Positions 46,737 to 56,679 of a stretch of 64,000 nt of DNA are shown here, piece after piece. This DNA is from Chloroflexaceae bacterium (GTDB lineage Bacteria; Chloroflexota; Chloroflexia; Chloroflexales; Chloroflexaceae). The DNA lies in assembly GCA_025057155.1 (NCBI GenBank), contig JANWYD010000016.1:54056-118055 (forward strand), written 5' to 3'. A program made the translations under genes and the position numbers. Position 1 is the first letter of the stretch; each line of letters starts with the position of its first letter. Below the pieces are notes generated by a model, which did no database searches, was not told the origin of the DNA, and was given only the letters and a program-made list of their open reading frames with translations.

Positions 46737-49700
46737 ATGACCAGCGATGAGACGGGCGCGACCGACCTGCCAGCCGATCTCAAGGCCCTGCTCGACGCCG
46801 CCGGCGTTACTGATGCGGCGTCGCTGCAACGCGCCCTGGAAAGCGACCCGCAGCTTCGCGAGCGTTTCGTAGCCTTTGTGCAGGCCCAGGTGCAGGCCCT
46901 GGGCGATGCGGTCGTTGCGGCCTTGCTTGCCGATGTGCCCGAGGACCTGCGCGCGCGCCTGGAAGCCGCTGGCGGGTCCGACCAGGCCGTCCTGCAGCAG
47001 GCCCTGGAGGCCGACGCGCAGCTAAAGGCTGATCTGAAGGCGTTCTTGGAGGCGCGTCGGACCGAGGCGCTGCCGCAAGGGCTCGACGGCTATCTGACTG
47101 CCTTCGCTGAGGTCGAGGACACGGAGCAACTGGGCCACCTGTGGATGTAGATCCCATCCGAGCTGGAGCAGCCCTTCCTCGAGGCGGTCGAGGACCGGAT
47201 CGCGCAGGCTGAACTGGCGGGCAATGCTGAGCTAGCCGAGGGGTTGCGCCAGCGCCGCGACGCGCTGCGCCAGATGCTCGGCCAGGCCCAGGCAGCCGCC
47301 GCCCGCATCGCCCAGGATGTCGCCCGTCTCGAGGCGGCAGATGACGGGCAGACAGTTGTCGCAATCTGGAACGCGATCCCGATTGAACTGGAAGAGCCGT
47401 TCCTCGACGCCGCCGAGCACCGCGCCGCCGAGCTAGGCGACGCGCCCCAGGCCGAGCGCATGCGCGCCCACGTTGCGGCTTTGCGCCAGGCTCGCCAGCA
47501 GCGCGAGGAGCTGGAGCGCCAGCCCCCGGTCGTCCGCGCGCTGCTGAGCTTCGTGTACGCCCCCGACGACGCCACGGCCCGCCAGGTCTTCGCGGCGCAG
47601 CAGGCCCTGCTCCAGCCCTACGAGGCCCAGCGCGTGGCCGATGCCCTCGCCGACCAGGCGCCCGACGAACTCCGCGAACGCTTCGCCGCCCGCGCCGCGC
47701 TGCTGCGGGAACTGCGCGGCGCCGCGCCGCAGCCGGCGCCGGTTGTGGCCCCGCCGCCCCCCGCCGGCCTGCGGGACGACTTCGGCGGGCGGTCGTTTTC
47801 GGTGCAAAATGCGACGATCGAGGGCGACCTGATCCAGGCCGCCGGCGACTACATTGACCAGACCACCATCCATCTGGTGCAACGGCGCGAATGGATCCCG
47901 CCGCCGCCGCCCTCCCCGCCCGAGGATGCGATTGACCGCCCCAAGCGCGTCGCCGAGGTGGCCAGGCTCCTTGCCGACGCCGGCACGGTGGCCATTGGCG
48001 GGCGCCTCCCTCCCCGCGTCACAGTGGCCATGCAGGGCATGGCCGGGAGCGGGCCTGCCTGGCGGCCCTCGACCAGGCCCTGGTCGCCCCGCCCGCCGAT
48101 CTCGAGGCGGCGCAGCGGGAGCTACGGAGGGGCCTCGATACCCTCCTGGCCGATGACCCGGCCCACGATTTCGTCGCGGCGCACCTGCTGCCGACCGCCG
48201 CGCGCCTGTTGCAAACGGCCCTTGTCGAAGATGAGGCCGCCTGGCGGGAGTACCACGGCCACCTGATCGCCCGCCTGGCGGCCCGCGCCGGGGAGGGGCC
48301 GGAGGGCCTGGAGACGCTGCTGGCAAAGATCGCCGATCAGGAACGGGCCCTGGCCGCCCTGCGCGCCGCGACGGAACGGTTGAACGCCCTGCTCGCCGCT
48401 GAGGGCGCCCCCGCTCCGGCCAGGTTCGAGAACCGCGATCTGGAGGTCGGCGGGGAACTGGTGCAGGCCGCCAGTGACATCACGCTGGGCCTGCCGCCCG
48501 ATCCCTCCGCCACGGCGCCCCCGCCGCGATGGCCATCCGGCCCGGTGGTTTTTCAGAATGTCGGGTTGAAAGTTAATGGGAGCGTGTACCAGAGCGGCGG
48601 AAATTTCACCCGCGCGGCCCCGGTGGAGGAGGCCACGCCCCCCGCCGCGGCCCCCGGGCCGATCACGCTCACCCTCCGGTTCACCCCCGCTTCCGGCGGG
48701 GCGCAGGTGCGCTGGCGCGCCGATGAGCTCGGCGAGTTCAGCAGCGACCTGGCCGCGCCTTACCGCGGGCGCGACCTGGCCGCGGTGCTGCGCGCCCTGG
48801 AGCGCCGCCAGCACCCGGCCTTCGCCCTGGCCGAGGGCGACGCGGAGCGCCTGCGCGCCCTGGGCCTGCTCAGCGCCGGCGGCGAACCGCTGGCCGATCT
48901 GCCGCGCCTGGTCGGGCAGGCCCTCTACGCTGCCCTGGTCCGCGAGCAGGGGCTGGCGGCCCTGGCCCTGGTCCGCAGCCAGGCCGCCCCCGCGGGCCGC
49001 CCGCTGGCCCTGCGCCTGCTGCTGCCGCCCGAGGCGGTCGAACTGGCGGCCCTGCCCTGGGAGTTGCTCTGGCCGCCGCGGGAGGGGCTGCCGCTGCTGC
49101 TCGGGGCCGCGCCGCCCGTGCTGCTTACCCGCCATCTGGACCTCGACGGGCCGCTTCCCCGCTTCGAGCCGCGCCAGGGGCGGCCCCTGCGCATCCTCTC
49201 GCTCGTGCCAGAGGTGCAGCGCGCGCCGGGGGACCTGGCGGAGACCCGGGCGCGGCTGGGCCGCCTGTGGGACGAGTTGCGCGCGCGGGGCGTGGCCGAG
49301 GCGTTTGAGGTCAGCCCGGTGACGCGGGAGGATCTGCGCCGCGCCATGGAATACCGGCCCGACATTGTGCAGTTCACCGGCCACGGCTGGTACGCCGAGG
49401 GGCGCGGCGTGCTGCTGCTCGACCCGCTGACGCCCGGCGCGCCCGCCGAGCGGGTGGAGGCTGATCGGGTGGCGGTGGCGCTGCGGGGGGCGCGCATGGT
49501 GGTGCTCGCCGCCTGCCGGGGGGCCCAGGGGGCGGGCATTGAGGGCGGGGCGGCGAGTCTGTTGACGGGGGTGGCTCCGGCGCTGAGCGCGGCGGGCGCG
49601 CCGCTGGTGCTGGGGATGCAACTCGGCATCGGCGCGGACGCGGCGCTGCGGGCCGTCGAGGCGCTCTACGCGGCCCTGGCCCGCGGCCTCGGCGCGCAGG

Positions 49701-49813
49701 CCGCGGTGGGCGAGGCCCGCGCCGCGCTCTACGTCGGCGCGCCGGAGCGGGACGCCTGGTACGTGCCGGCGCTGTATGTGCGCAGCCGCGAGGCGGGGCC
49801 GGTGGTAGTGTAG
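46737..49813 (+). pseudogene. CHAT (caspase-like protease) domain protein gene interrupted by an in-frame TAG (47148-47150) and a frame switch near 48040-48060
   Basis: Track ORFs 46737-47150 and 47244-48266 are in the same frame. The third ORF is open from 47936 and ends in a CHAT domain (IVQFTGHG...VVLAACRG). Confidence 0.7.
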
Positions 49814-49901
49814 GGGGGAAACCGGGTTTGCCCGGTTTCCCCCCCCTCCCAACCTCCCCCCAACGGAGGGAGGCGCCGAACGCCCTCCCCCGGCGGGGGC
49901 T

Positions 49902-50072
49902 CTCAGGCGCAGGGTTTTTTGGGCGAGCAGGGGTTTTCGGCATTCCAATGCGCTTACGGTCCTCACCCCCCTGCCCCACTCTCCCTGAGCGGGAGAAGGG
50001 GGAGCTGGGCGTCCCGATGCCCCGGACGGCGCATGCGACAAGAGGATGTCCGGAAAACCTCATACCTGAGAG
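49902..50072 (-). repeat. Family-1 element, copy E (closest relative of copy D)
   Basis: It shares ctcaggcgcagggttttttgggcgagcagg.gttttcggcattccaatgcgcttacggtcctcac and tccctgagcgggaga with copy D. Confidence 0.85.
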
Positions 50073-50162
50073 GTTTCCCCGCGCCCCTGCCCGGCGGGCA
50101 AGAGCTGGAACGCCGCAGACGCGCATCCGCCCGCGGGAGCGACCAGGCGCCCGTCCGGGCAT

Positions 50163-50390
50163 TCACGCCAATCGGCAGATGTAGCATTCGTGGCCGGGAT
50201 GGATCGCTCCGGTGGCGCGGACAACCGCCACGAAGCCGCCGGAGAGACCTTCGTTGTAGAAAGCGAGCGGCCGTCCCTCGGCGTCGCGCGCCTGCTCCAC
50301 GCAGGCGGCGCACACCGCCCGCGGGTAGCGCGGGTCGAAAGGCCGCGGGGCGCCGCACAGGGGGCATTCCGCCTGTGGCGTATCGTTCAT
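50163..50390 (-). CDS. hypothetical small Cys-rich (zinc-ribbon-like) protein
   Basis: CPLCG...CAAC...HECYIC, high GC3, 75 aa. The SD is weak. Confidence 0.45.
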   Translation of the reverse strand: MNDTPQAECPLCGAPRPFDPRYPRAVCAACVEQARDAEGRPLAFYNEGLSGGFVAVVRATGAIHPGHECYICRLA

Positions 50391-50505
50391 GGCGGGTTCT
50401 ACTCCTCACTCACCATTCGCTCATATCGTCCCCACATCCCTCCTCCAGCAGAGGCCTCGTCTTCCACTGGTATAATACCTCCCGTCAGCGATAGCGGAGG
50501 GACCT

Positions 50506-51912
50506 ATGACGACCACCAGTAGCGCTGGCGTGGCAGACGCCCGTATCCGGAATCGCATCCTCCTGGTGCTGTTTGTCGGGGTGTTCATGTCGGCCCTCGA
50601 TGGGGCGGTGATCGCGCCAGCCGTGCCCGCGCTGCGCGCCGCCTTCGGAGTGGACAACAGCCAGATCGGGATGCTGACGATTGTGTTTGTGCTGTTCACC
50701 ATGAGCAGCACCACGCTGATGGCCAGCCTGGGGGACCGGTACGGGCGGCGGCCCGTCTTTCTGCTGTGCGTGGCCGGGTTCGCCCTGGGGTCGTTGTGGA
50801 TCGCCCTGGCGCCGACGTACTGGATGGTGCTGATCGGGCGGGCCATCCAGGGTTTCAGCGCCGGGGGCGTGTCGCCGCTGGCGAGCGCGGTGGTGGGGGA
50901 TAGTTTTCCGCCAGCGGAGCGGGGCAAGGCCCTGGGGCTGATCGGCGCGACGGTGGGGATGGCCTTCCTGCTGGGGCCGCTGGTGGCCTCGGCGATCCTG
51001 GTGGTGTTAAGCTGGCACTGGATCTTCCTGATTAACCTGCCTATCGCGGCGCTGGTGATCTGGCTGGGGCTGCGCAATCTGCCGGCCACCCGCGCCGAAG
51101 GCAACCCGCCGCCCCTCGACTGGGCCGGGATTCTGATCATCGCCGTGATGCTTTCGTGCCTCACCCTGGGCATCAACCGGGTGCTCGATACGGTGACGGG
51201 CCTGACGCTGTGGCCGTACCTGCTGGGCGCCGCGGCGCTGTGCGCGCCGCTGCTGATCGCCGCCGAGCGGCGGGCGGCGCGCCCGGTGGCGCCGCTGGAC
51301 CTGTTCAACTCGCGGCAGATCGCCCTGACCTACGTGCTCTGCGTCGGGGCGGGCTTCAGCATGGGCAGCGTGATCTTCGTCTCTTCGGTGGCGGTGGCGG
51401 CCCTGGGCTTCACCCCGGAGGGGGCCGGGCTGCTGCTGATGCCCATGGTGGCGGCCTCATCGGTGGGGTCGGTGGTCTTCGGGCGGCTGCTCAACCGGCT
51501 CGGCTCGCGCCGGGTGATGATCATCGGCTTCAGCAACGCGGCCCTTGGTTCGGCGCTGCTGAGCCTGTCGGGCGCGGGGCTGTGGATGTTCCTCATCGCC
51601 ACTCTCCTCGTCGGGCACGGGGTGGGCATCGTGGTCGGGGGCACGCTGCGCACCATCGTGCTCAACGAAGTGGCGGCAGAGCAGCGCGGAGCGGCCCAGG
51701 GCCTGGTCAACGTGGCGATTGCCGTGGGCAACCTGCTGGTGGTGGCCGTACTGGGCTTCGTGGCCGATGTGTTCGGCGGCGGCATGACGGGCCTGGGCGC
51801 GGCCTATCTGACCTCGGCGGCCGTGACGGCGGCGATGACGCTGCTGAGCTTCGGTTTGCGGCCCCACGGCGAGGAGCAGGTGCTCATCGCCGCGGGACAG
51901 CGGGTGTCGTAG
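50506..51912 (+). CDS. MFS transporter, DHA2 (14-TM, EmrB/QacA-like) family
   Basis: A 468-aa protein with LGDRYGRRPVF (motif A) and a 14-TM hydrophobicity pattern. Confidence 0.85.
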   Translation: MTTTSSAGVADARIRNRILLVLFVGVFMSALDGAVIAPAVPALRAAFGVDNSQIGMLTIVFVLFTMSSTTLMASLGDRYGRRPVFLLCVAGFALGSLWIALAPTYWMVLIGRAIQGFSAGGVSPLASAVVGDSFPPAERGKALGLIGATVGMAFLLGPLVASAILVVLSWHWIFLINLPIAALVIWLGLRNLPATRAEGNPPPLDWAGILIIAVMLSCLTLGINRVLDTVTGLTLWPYLLGAAALCAPLLIAAERRAARPVAPLDLFNSRQIALTYVLCVGAGFSMGSVIFVSSVAVAALGFTPEGAGLLLMPMVAASSVGSVVFGRLLNRLGSRRVMIIGFSNAALGSALLSLSGAGLWMFLIATLLVGHGVGIVVGGTLRTIVLNEVAAEQRGAAQGLVNVAIAVGNLLVVAVLGFVADVFGGGMTGLGAAYLTSAAVTAAMTLLSFGLRPHGEEQVLIAAGQRVS

Positions 51913-51975
51913 AGGGGAGAGCATTCCAGGAGCAATAGGTTTGCTCCGCTCGGCACGCCCCTCTCCGAACCTCTT

Positions 51976-52147
51976 CTCAGGTATAGGGTCTTTCGGGCGA
52001 GCAGGGGTTTTCGGCATTCCAATATGCTTACGATCTTCACCCCCCCGCCCCCCGCTCCCGCGCGCGGGAGCGGGGGGCGCTGGGCGTCCCGATGCCCCGG
52101 ATGGCGCATGCTCGCGTCGCAGGCGCCGGAAAACCCTACACCTGAGA
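51976..52147 (-). repeat. Family-1 element, copy F
   Basis: The central perfect palindrome is gccccccgctcccgcg/cgcgggagcggggggc, with the typical termini. Confidence 0.85.
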
Positions 52148-52250
52148 ACTCCCACCCTCCCCCGCCGGGGGCAGGAGCCAGGACCTCGCTCTCCCGGCGG
52201 CTACGTTACCCGCACGTACCGCGCGTCCCGAACGCTGTTCCGCTTTCACC

Positions 52251-53828
52251 TCAGAGCTTGACCTTGCCCAGCTCGCTCTCCAGACGCTGGGCGACGGTGC
52301 GCAGCACCTTGATGCGGGCGAAGTATTTGTCCTCGGCCTCGACGATGGTCCAGGGGGCGGCGGGGGTGGAGGTGCGGAGGAGCATTTCATCGGCGGCGGC
52401 TTCGTAGAGCGGCCACTTCTCGCGGTTGCGCCAGTCCTCGGCGGTGAGCTTCCAGGCCTTGTAGGGCACGTTCCGGCGGGCCTCGAAGCGGCGCAGTTGC
52501 TCCTCGGGGCTGATGTGCATCCAGAACTTGCAGATGATCGTACCGAAATCAATCAACTGGCGCTCGAACTCGTTGATCTCGAGATAGGCGCGCCGCCACT
52601 CGTCGGGACGGGCGAAGCCCTCGACGCGCTCGACGAGCACGCGTCCGTACCAGGAGCGGTCGAAGATGGCGAACTGCCCGCGCGGCGGCAGACGCCGCCA
52701 GAAGCGGTAGAGGTAGTGCCGCACCTTGTCCTCGCCGGTAGGCGCGGCGATGGAGTGGACGATGTAGCTGCGCGGGTCAAGCTCGGCGGTCAGGCGCTGG
52801 ATGGCGCCACCCTTGCCGGCGGCGTCCCAGCCCTCGAAGACGATGACCGCCGGGCGCTTCTGGTAATAGAGTTGCAATCCGAGCAGATGCAGGCGAGCCT
52901 GGAGCTGCTTGAGTTCGCGACTGTAGCGTTTCTCGTCTATGCGCAGGCTGAGGTCCACCCGTTTGAGGATGCCGGGGATGGGTTGCTGGATGGGCGCAGA
53001 GTTGTGGACCACCAGCGTATCGTGGGACGGATCGCGCAGGGGCAGGTGGTTGCGCTCGCGAAAGGCACCGCTGGCGACATCAGGGCCCTGGGACTGGGCG
53101 GAGCGGGCCAGGACGACGGCGCGCCGCCCCAGGCGCGCCTCCAGGGTGGCGATCACGGCCTGGAACATTGCTACGCGGGCGTAGTACTTGTTGTTGGCGG
53201 GAATGACGTGCCACGGCGCGGCAGGCGCGTTGGTGCGCGCCAGCATATCCTCGACCGCCGCGGCGTACTCTTCGTAATGGCGGTGTTGCCAGCGGTCCTC
53301 GTCGGTGACCTGGTAGGCGGTCAGAGGGTTGGCGGTGAGGCGCTCGAAGCGGCGGCGCTGTTCCTTCTTGGAGATGTGCAGCCAGAGCTTGATGATCTCG
53401 GCCCCGTCGTCGGCCAACTGGCGCTCCATGGTCACCACATCTTCGCAGCGCTGCCGCCAGCGCGCCGTGTCGCCGCCGCGCACGCGCTCGGCGAGCATCT
53501 CGCGATACCACGAGCGGTCGAACACGGCGATCTCGCCGTAGGCGGGGAGCTTCAGCCAGAAGCGATAGAGCCAGGGGTACTGCTGCTCGTGGGTGCGCGG
53601 CGGGGTTATGGGGTGCACCCGCAGGCCCCGCGGGTCGAGCCGGCTGGAGAGCACGCTGATGGTGCGGACCTTGGCCGTTCCCGCCCACCCCTCGAAGATG
53701 ATCAGGACGGGAACGCCCGCCTCCAGCACGGCCTGCTCCATGTCGAACAGGCGCGCCTGCAACTCGGGCAGAGCCTGGCGGTACTCGCGCTTGCTCAACG
53801 CCAGGGTGAGGTCAATCTGGTCCAGCAT
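52251..53828 (-). CDS. two-domain polyphosphate kinase 2 (polyphosphate:AMP phosphotransferase-like)
   Basis: There are two tandem PPK2 modules. The second has FEGWDAAGKGG and the first has the altered FEGWAGTAKV. Both have the DRSWY block. Confidence 0.88.
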   Translation of the reverse strand: MLDQIDLTLALSKREYRQALPELQARLFDMEQAVLEAGVPVLIIFEGWAGTAKVRTISVLSSRLDPRGLRVHPITPPRTHEQQYPWLYRFWLKLPAYGEIAVFDRSWYREMLAERVRGGDTARWRQRCEDVVTMERQLADDGAEIIKLWLHISKKEQRRRFERLTANPLTAYQVTDEDRWQHRHYEEYAAAVEDMLARTNAPAAPWHVIPANNKYYARVAMFQAVIATLEARLGRRAVVLARSAQSQGPDVASGAFRERNHLPLRDPSHDTLVVHNSAPIQQPIPGILKRVDLSLRIDEKRYSRELKQLQARLHLLGLQLYYQKRPAVIVFEGWDAAGKGGAIQRLTAELDPRSYIVHSIAAPTGEDKVRHYLYRFWRRLPPRGQFAIFDRSWYGRVLVERVEGFARPDEWRRAYLEINEFERQLIDFGTIICKFWMHISPEEQLRRFEARRNVPYKAWKLTAEDWRNREKWPLYEAAADEMLLRTSTPAAPWTIVEAEDKYFARIKVLRTVAQRLESELGKVKL

Positions 53829-54126
53829 GGCCGCCTCTCACCAACGACACGCGCCAACGGTCGTCGCGCCTGTGGCGAGGACCGGCGCGTTGCGCCAGAG
53901 GGTCCTCCTGGGAGAACCAGAACCCACCGCAGCCTCCCGAACGCGGCCCCTCTGTATCTGCATATGCGGTTAGAAGTCTGGACGGAATTGGACTTATTGT
54001 AGCACAGCATTGTTGGGATGCAAGACCGGAGTAGCGGCGAGCATAGGCTGCGCCAACGTCCTGGCTGAAGGCCCTCGTGTCCCTGCCTCTCCTTATTCGG
54101 TCGTCCCGCCATCACCGCGTGGGAAT

Positions 54127-54222
54127 GACTAATTCGTTTGTAAACAACGTTTTTCGCTATACCCTCGCCCCCTCCCCAACCCTTCCCCGGCGGGGGAGGG
54201 CGCCTGCCTCCTCCCCCCCGTA
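54127..54222 (+). repeat. Family-2 element directly abutting family-1 copy G
   Basis: The sequence is gactaattcgtttgtaaacaacgtttttcgc...ccctccccaacccttccccggcgggggagggcgcc. Confidence 0.7.
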
Positions 54223-54230
54223 GCGAGGTT

Positions 54231-54403
54231 CTCAGGTGGAGAGTTTTCCGGCGCATCCTCGGCTCGCATGCGCCATCCGGGGCATCGGGACGCCCAGCGC
54301 CCCCCGCTCCTGCGCGCGGGAGCGGGGGGCAGGGGGGTGAGGACCGTAAGCGCATGGGAATGCCGACAACCCCTGCTCGCTCGAAAAACCCCACACCTGA
54401 GAG
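54231..54403 (+). repeat. Family-1 element, copy G
   Basis: The left end is ctcaggtggagagttttccggcgcatcctcgg, the stem ccccccgctcc tgcgcgc gggagcgggggg, and the right end cgaaaaaccccacacctgagag. Confidence 0.85.
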
Positions 54404-54499
54404 GAGCACTACCCGCATCCTGGGCGGAAAACAGGCGAACGCGGCGACCGGGCAAGGGCCGGTTTGCCGCGTTCTGATGCGGGCATTAACTATCAGATG

Positions 54500-54967
54500 T
54501 TACCGAAACAGGGGCGAATCAGGAAACCGTCGGTGGAGCCGGCCATCGAGGCCGAACCAGTGCCCGGAGGGAGTGGCCATCAGCAAAAGCGCGACGACGA
54601 AGAACGGGGGCATCGAGGCATTGTAGTAGGAGCCAGCGGTGATGTTGCTGATCAGAAACAGGGCCAGGGCGGCGTTGGGGCGGACGGCCAACCCCAGCAG
54701 CATGCCCAGGGCCACGCTCACCTGGCCCAGGGTCAACACCCAGGCCACCGGGCGATGCCAGGGAATGGCAAAGTATTTGAGGTAGGCCGCCGAGAAGGAG
54801 TGGGGATCAATCTCGCTGAGGCGCCGCTCGAAGTGCTCGCGCATCACGGTGCTCGTCAACCAGCCGCGGGTGATTTTGTGGTACGCGCCGTAGAGGAAGA
54901 CGGCGCCGAAACCGTAGCGTAGGGCCACCACCGTGCCCTTCGCCAGTTGCCGCACGCGCGGGTTCAT
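54500..54967 (-). CDS. DoxX family membrane protein
   Basis: A 155-aa protein with 4 TM segments and a DoxX-like layout. Confidence 0.55.
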   Translation of the reverse strand: MNPRVRQLAKGTVVALRYGFGAVFLYGAYHKITRGWLTSTVMREHFERRLSEIDPHSFSAAYLKYFAIPWHRPVAWVLTLGQVSVALGMLLGLAVRPNAALALFLISNITAGSYYNASMPPFFVVALLLMATPSGHWFGLDGRLHRRFPDSPLFR

Positions 54968-55084
54968 CGTTGTCTCCGTGCATGTGAATTACGGTACCCC
55001 GGCGCATGGTAACGCGCCGTTCCATAGACTGGGGGTAAGGAACCGTCACTCCGGGGAAAGGTTCGGCAAACGAGAGGCCAGGCG

Positions 55085-55807
55085 TCACCCCTCGCCGAAA
55101 TTGCCGGCCACCAGTTCGGCCAGGGCGGCAACTGCGGCGCCGGCGTCCTCGCCCTCGGCGCGGACGTGCACCCGGTGGCCGGAGAGCACGCCGAGTTTCA
55201 TGACGTCGAGGATGCTCCGGGCATCTCCAACGGGGCGATCAGGGCGGTCGAGGTTGCGCACGCGGATGGCGCAGGGGAACCGGGCGGCGGTCTGCACGAA
55301 TTCGCTGGCCGGGCGCATATGCAGCCCGACCTTGTTGGTGACGGTCAGGGTCGCCTCGACGACAGGGGCATCGGGCGGATCGGGGGGATCAGCGGGGCCA
55401 CCCGGAGCAACTGGCGGGGACACGTCCAGGCCCTTGGCTTCGAGGGCCCGGGTGGCCGCGGCGGCCACGCCGGCCAGGTCCGCTCCCGGACGGCTGGCCT
55501 CGACCGCCGCCAGCACCGCCCCCTCGACCAGCGGCGCGCCGCTGATCAGGTAGGGCATCCCTGCCGCTTCCAGGGCCATCTCGGTGCTCAGTACGGCGCT
55601 GCCCAGGTCCACCAGGGCCAGAATGCCCTCTACGCCGCGCAGGGTCTCGATCGCCGCGGCGATCAGATCCACCGAGGTGCCCAGCGAGCCGTCGTGGGCG
55701 CCGCCAGCGGCAGCGATGGGCGTCCGGCCCCGGGCCATCTGCCCGGCCAGGACCTGCACGCCATGGGCCACTTCCGGACTGTGGGAGACGATCAGGATGC
55801 CGATCAT
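55085..55807 (-). CDS. dhaM: DhaM-like PTS phosphocarrier: EIIA(Man)-like domain fused to an HPr domain
   Basis: MIGILIVSHSPEVAHGV resembles E. coli DhaM MVNLVIVSHSS. The C-terminal HPr domain has NKVGLHMRPAS. SD AGGAG precedes the ATG at 55807. Confidence 0.8.
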   Translation of the reverse strand: MIGILIVSHSPEVAHGVQVLAGQMARGRTPIAAAGGAHDGSLGTSVDLIAAAIETLRGVEGILALVDLGSAVLSTEMALEAAGMPYLISGAPLVEGAVLAAVEASRPGADLAGVAAAATRALEAKGLDVSPPVAPGGPADPPDPPDAPVVEATLTVTNKVGLHMRPASEFVQTAARFPCAIRVRNLDRPDRPVGDARSILDVMKLGVLSGHRVHVRAEGEDAGAAVAALAELVAGNFGEG

Positions 55808-55854
55808 ACTTGCTCCTTTCCTGGCAAGAGCATGGAGAAGCCGGGTTTCCCCGC

Positions 55855-55950
55855 GCCTCTCCACTCGGCATTGGAGGTTGTTCCTCACCCTCCCCCCGGC
55901 CCCCTCCCTCTCCACCTGCGGTGGAGAGGGAGGGGGCGCCGAGCGCAGCG
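55855..55950 (-). repeat. internal fragment of a family-1 element (no termini)
   Basis: tcggcattggagg...ccccctccctctccacc tgc ggtggagagggaggggg, lying between the regulator and dhaM. Confidence 0.55.
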
Positions 55951-55977
55951 AGGCAGGGGAGGGCGAGGACCGCGAGC

Positions 55978-56622
55978 CTACAACAACCCCAGCTTCCCGG
56001 CGACATAGACCACCTCGGCCCGGTGGTGGACATTGAGCTTTCGCATGATATTTCTAAGATGAAATTTAACGGTGCTTTCACTGATGGCGATCTGTTCGCC
56101 GATCTCGCGGTTGGAGAGACCGCAGGCCAGCAGGCGCATGACCTGTTGTTCGCGTTCGGTAAGCAGGGTCTCCCGCGATTCGCCGGGATTGGAGAGACTT
56201 TTCATCACCAGCGAGGCGGTGCGGGTGTCGAGGGCCGACTCGCCGCGATGGACGGCGCGCACGCTCTTGATCAGATCGAAAGCGTCCACGTCTTTCAGCA
56301 CGTAACCGCGGGCGCCGCTGCGGATGGCCCGCAGCACAAGCTGGTCGTCGAGGAAGGTGGTGAGCACAATTACGTTGGTCTGCGGATAGTCGGCGCAGAT
56401 GCTCTGGCACAATTCGAGGCCGCCCTCCACTCCCTGAGCGCCAAGGCTGAGGTCGAGGAGCACCACATCGGGATGTTCCTGAGCGATCAGGGCCAGGGCC
56501 GTACACGCGTCGCCCGCCTCGCCGACCACTATGATGCCCGGCTCCAATTCGAGGATTGAGCGCAGGCCATGACGCACAATGGCATGGTCGTCCACGATCA
56601 TCAGCCGAATGGGGTTGCTCAT
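55978..56622 (-). CDS. NarL/FixJ-family response regulator (REC plus LuxR HTH)
   Basis: IRLMIVDDHAIV, VVLLDLSL and LTEREQQVMRLLACGLSNREIGEQIAISESTVKFH. SD AGGAGGG precedes the ATG at 56622. Confidence 0.9.
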   Translation of the reverse strand: MSNPIRLMIVDDHAIVRHGLRSILELEPGIIVVGEAGDACTALALIAQEHPDVVLLDLSLGAQGVEGGLELCQSICADYPQTNVIVLTTFLDDQLVLRAIRSGARGYVLKDVDAFDLIKSVRAVHRGESALDTRTASLVMKSLSNPGESRETLLTEREQQVMRLLACGLSNREIGEQIAISESTVKFHLRNIMRKLNVHHRAEVVYVAGKLGLL

Positions 56623-56679
56623 ACGTCCCTCCTGGCCCGGGACAGTGTTCAAAGGGTTCCTCAAGAATCTGGCATCAGT

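Noticed and set aside
48020-48060. Calling the CHAT-locus middle region a STAND/NB-ARC NTPase because of the Walker-A-like GMAGSG.
   Set aside because: There is no lysine or Ser/Thr after the motif in either frame as it stands. No Walker B lies at the right distance. The downstream ~250 aa are helical and low-complexity rather than NTPase-like.
48122-50041. Very long antisense or alternative-frame ORFs. Examples are 48122-50041(-), 57292-59298(+), 62375-63556(-), 27948-29294(+), 8151-9278(-) and 2264-3547(+). Further examples are 4407-5741(+), 12982-14190(-), 22405-23733(-), 25424-27001(+), 36741-38060(-) and 52497-54002(+).
   Set aside because: Each lies opposite or overlapping a gene with clear family motifs. 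Their products are Arg/Gly/Ala/Pro-rich low-complexity strings, typical of stop-poor non-coding frames in GC-rich DNA.
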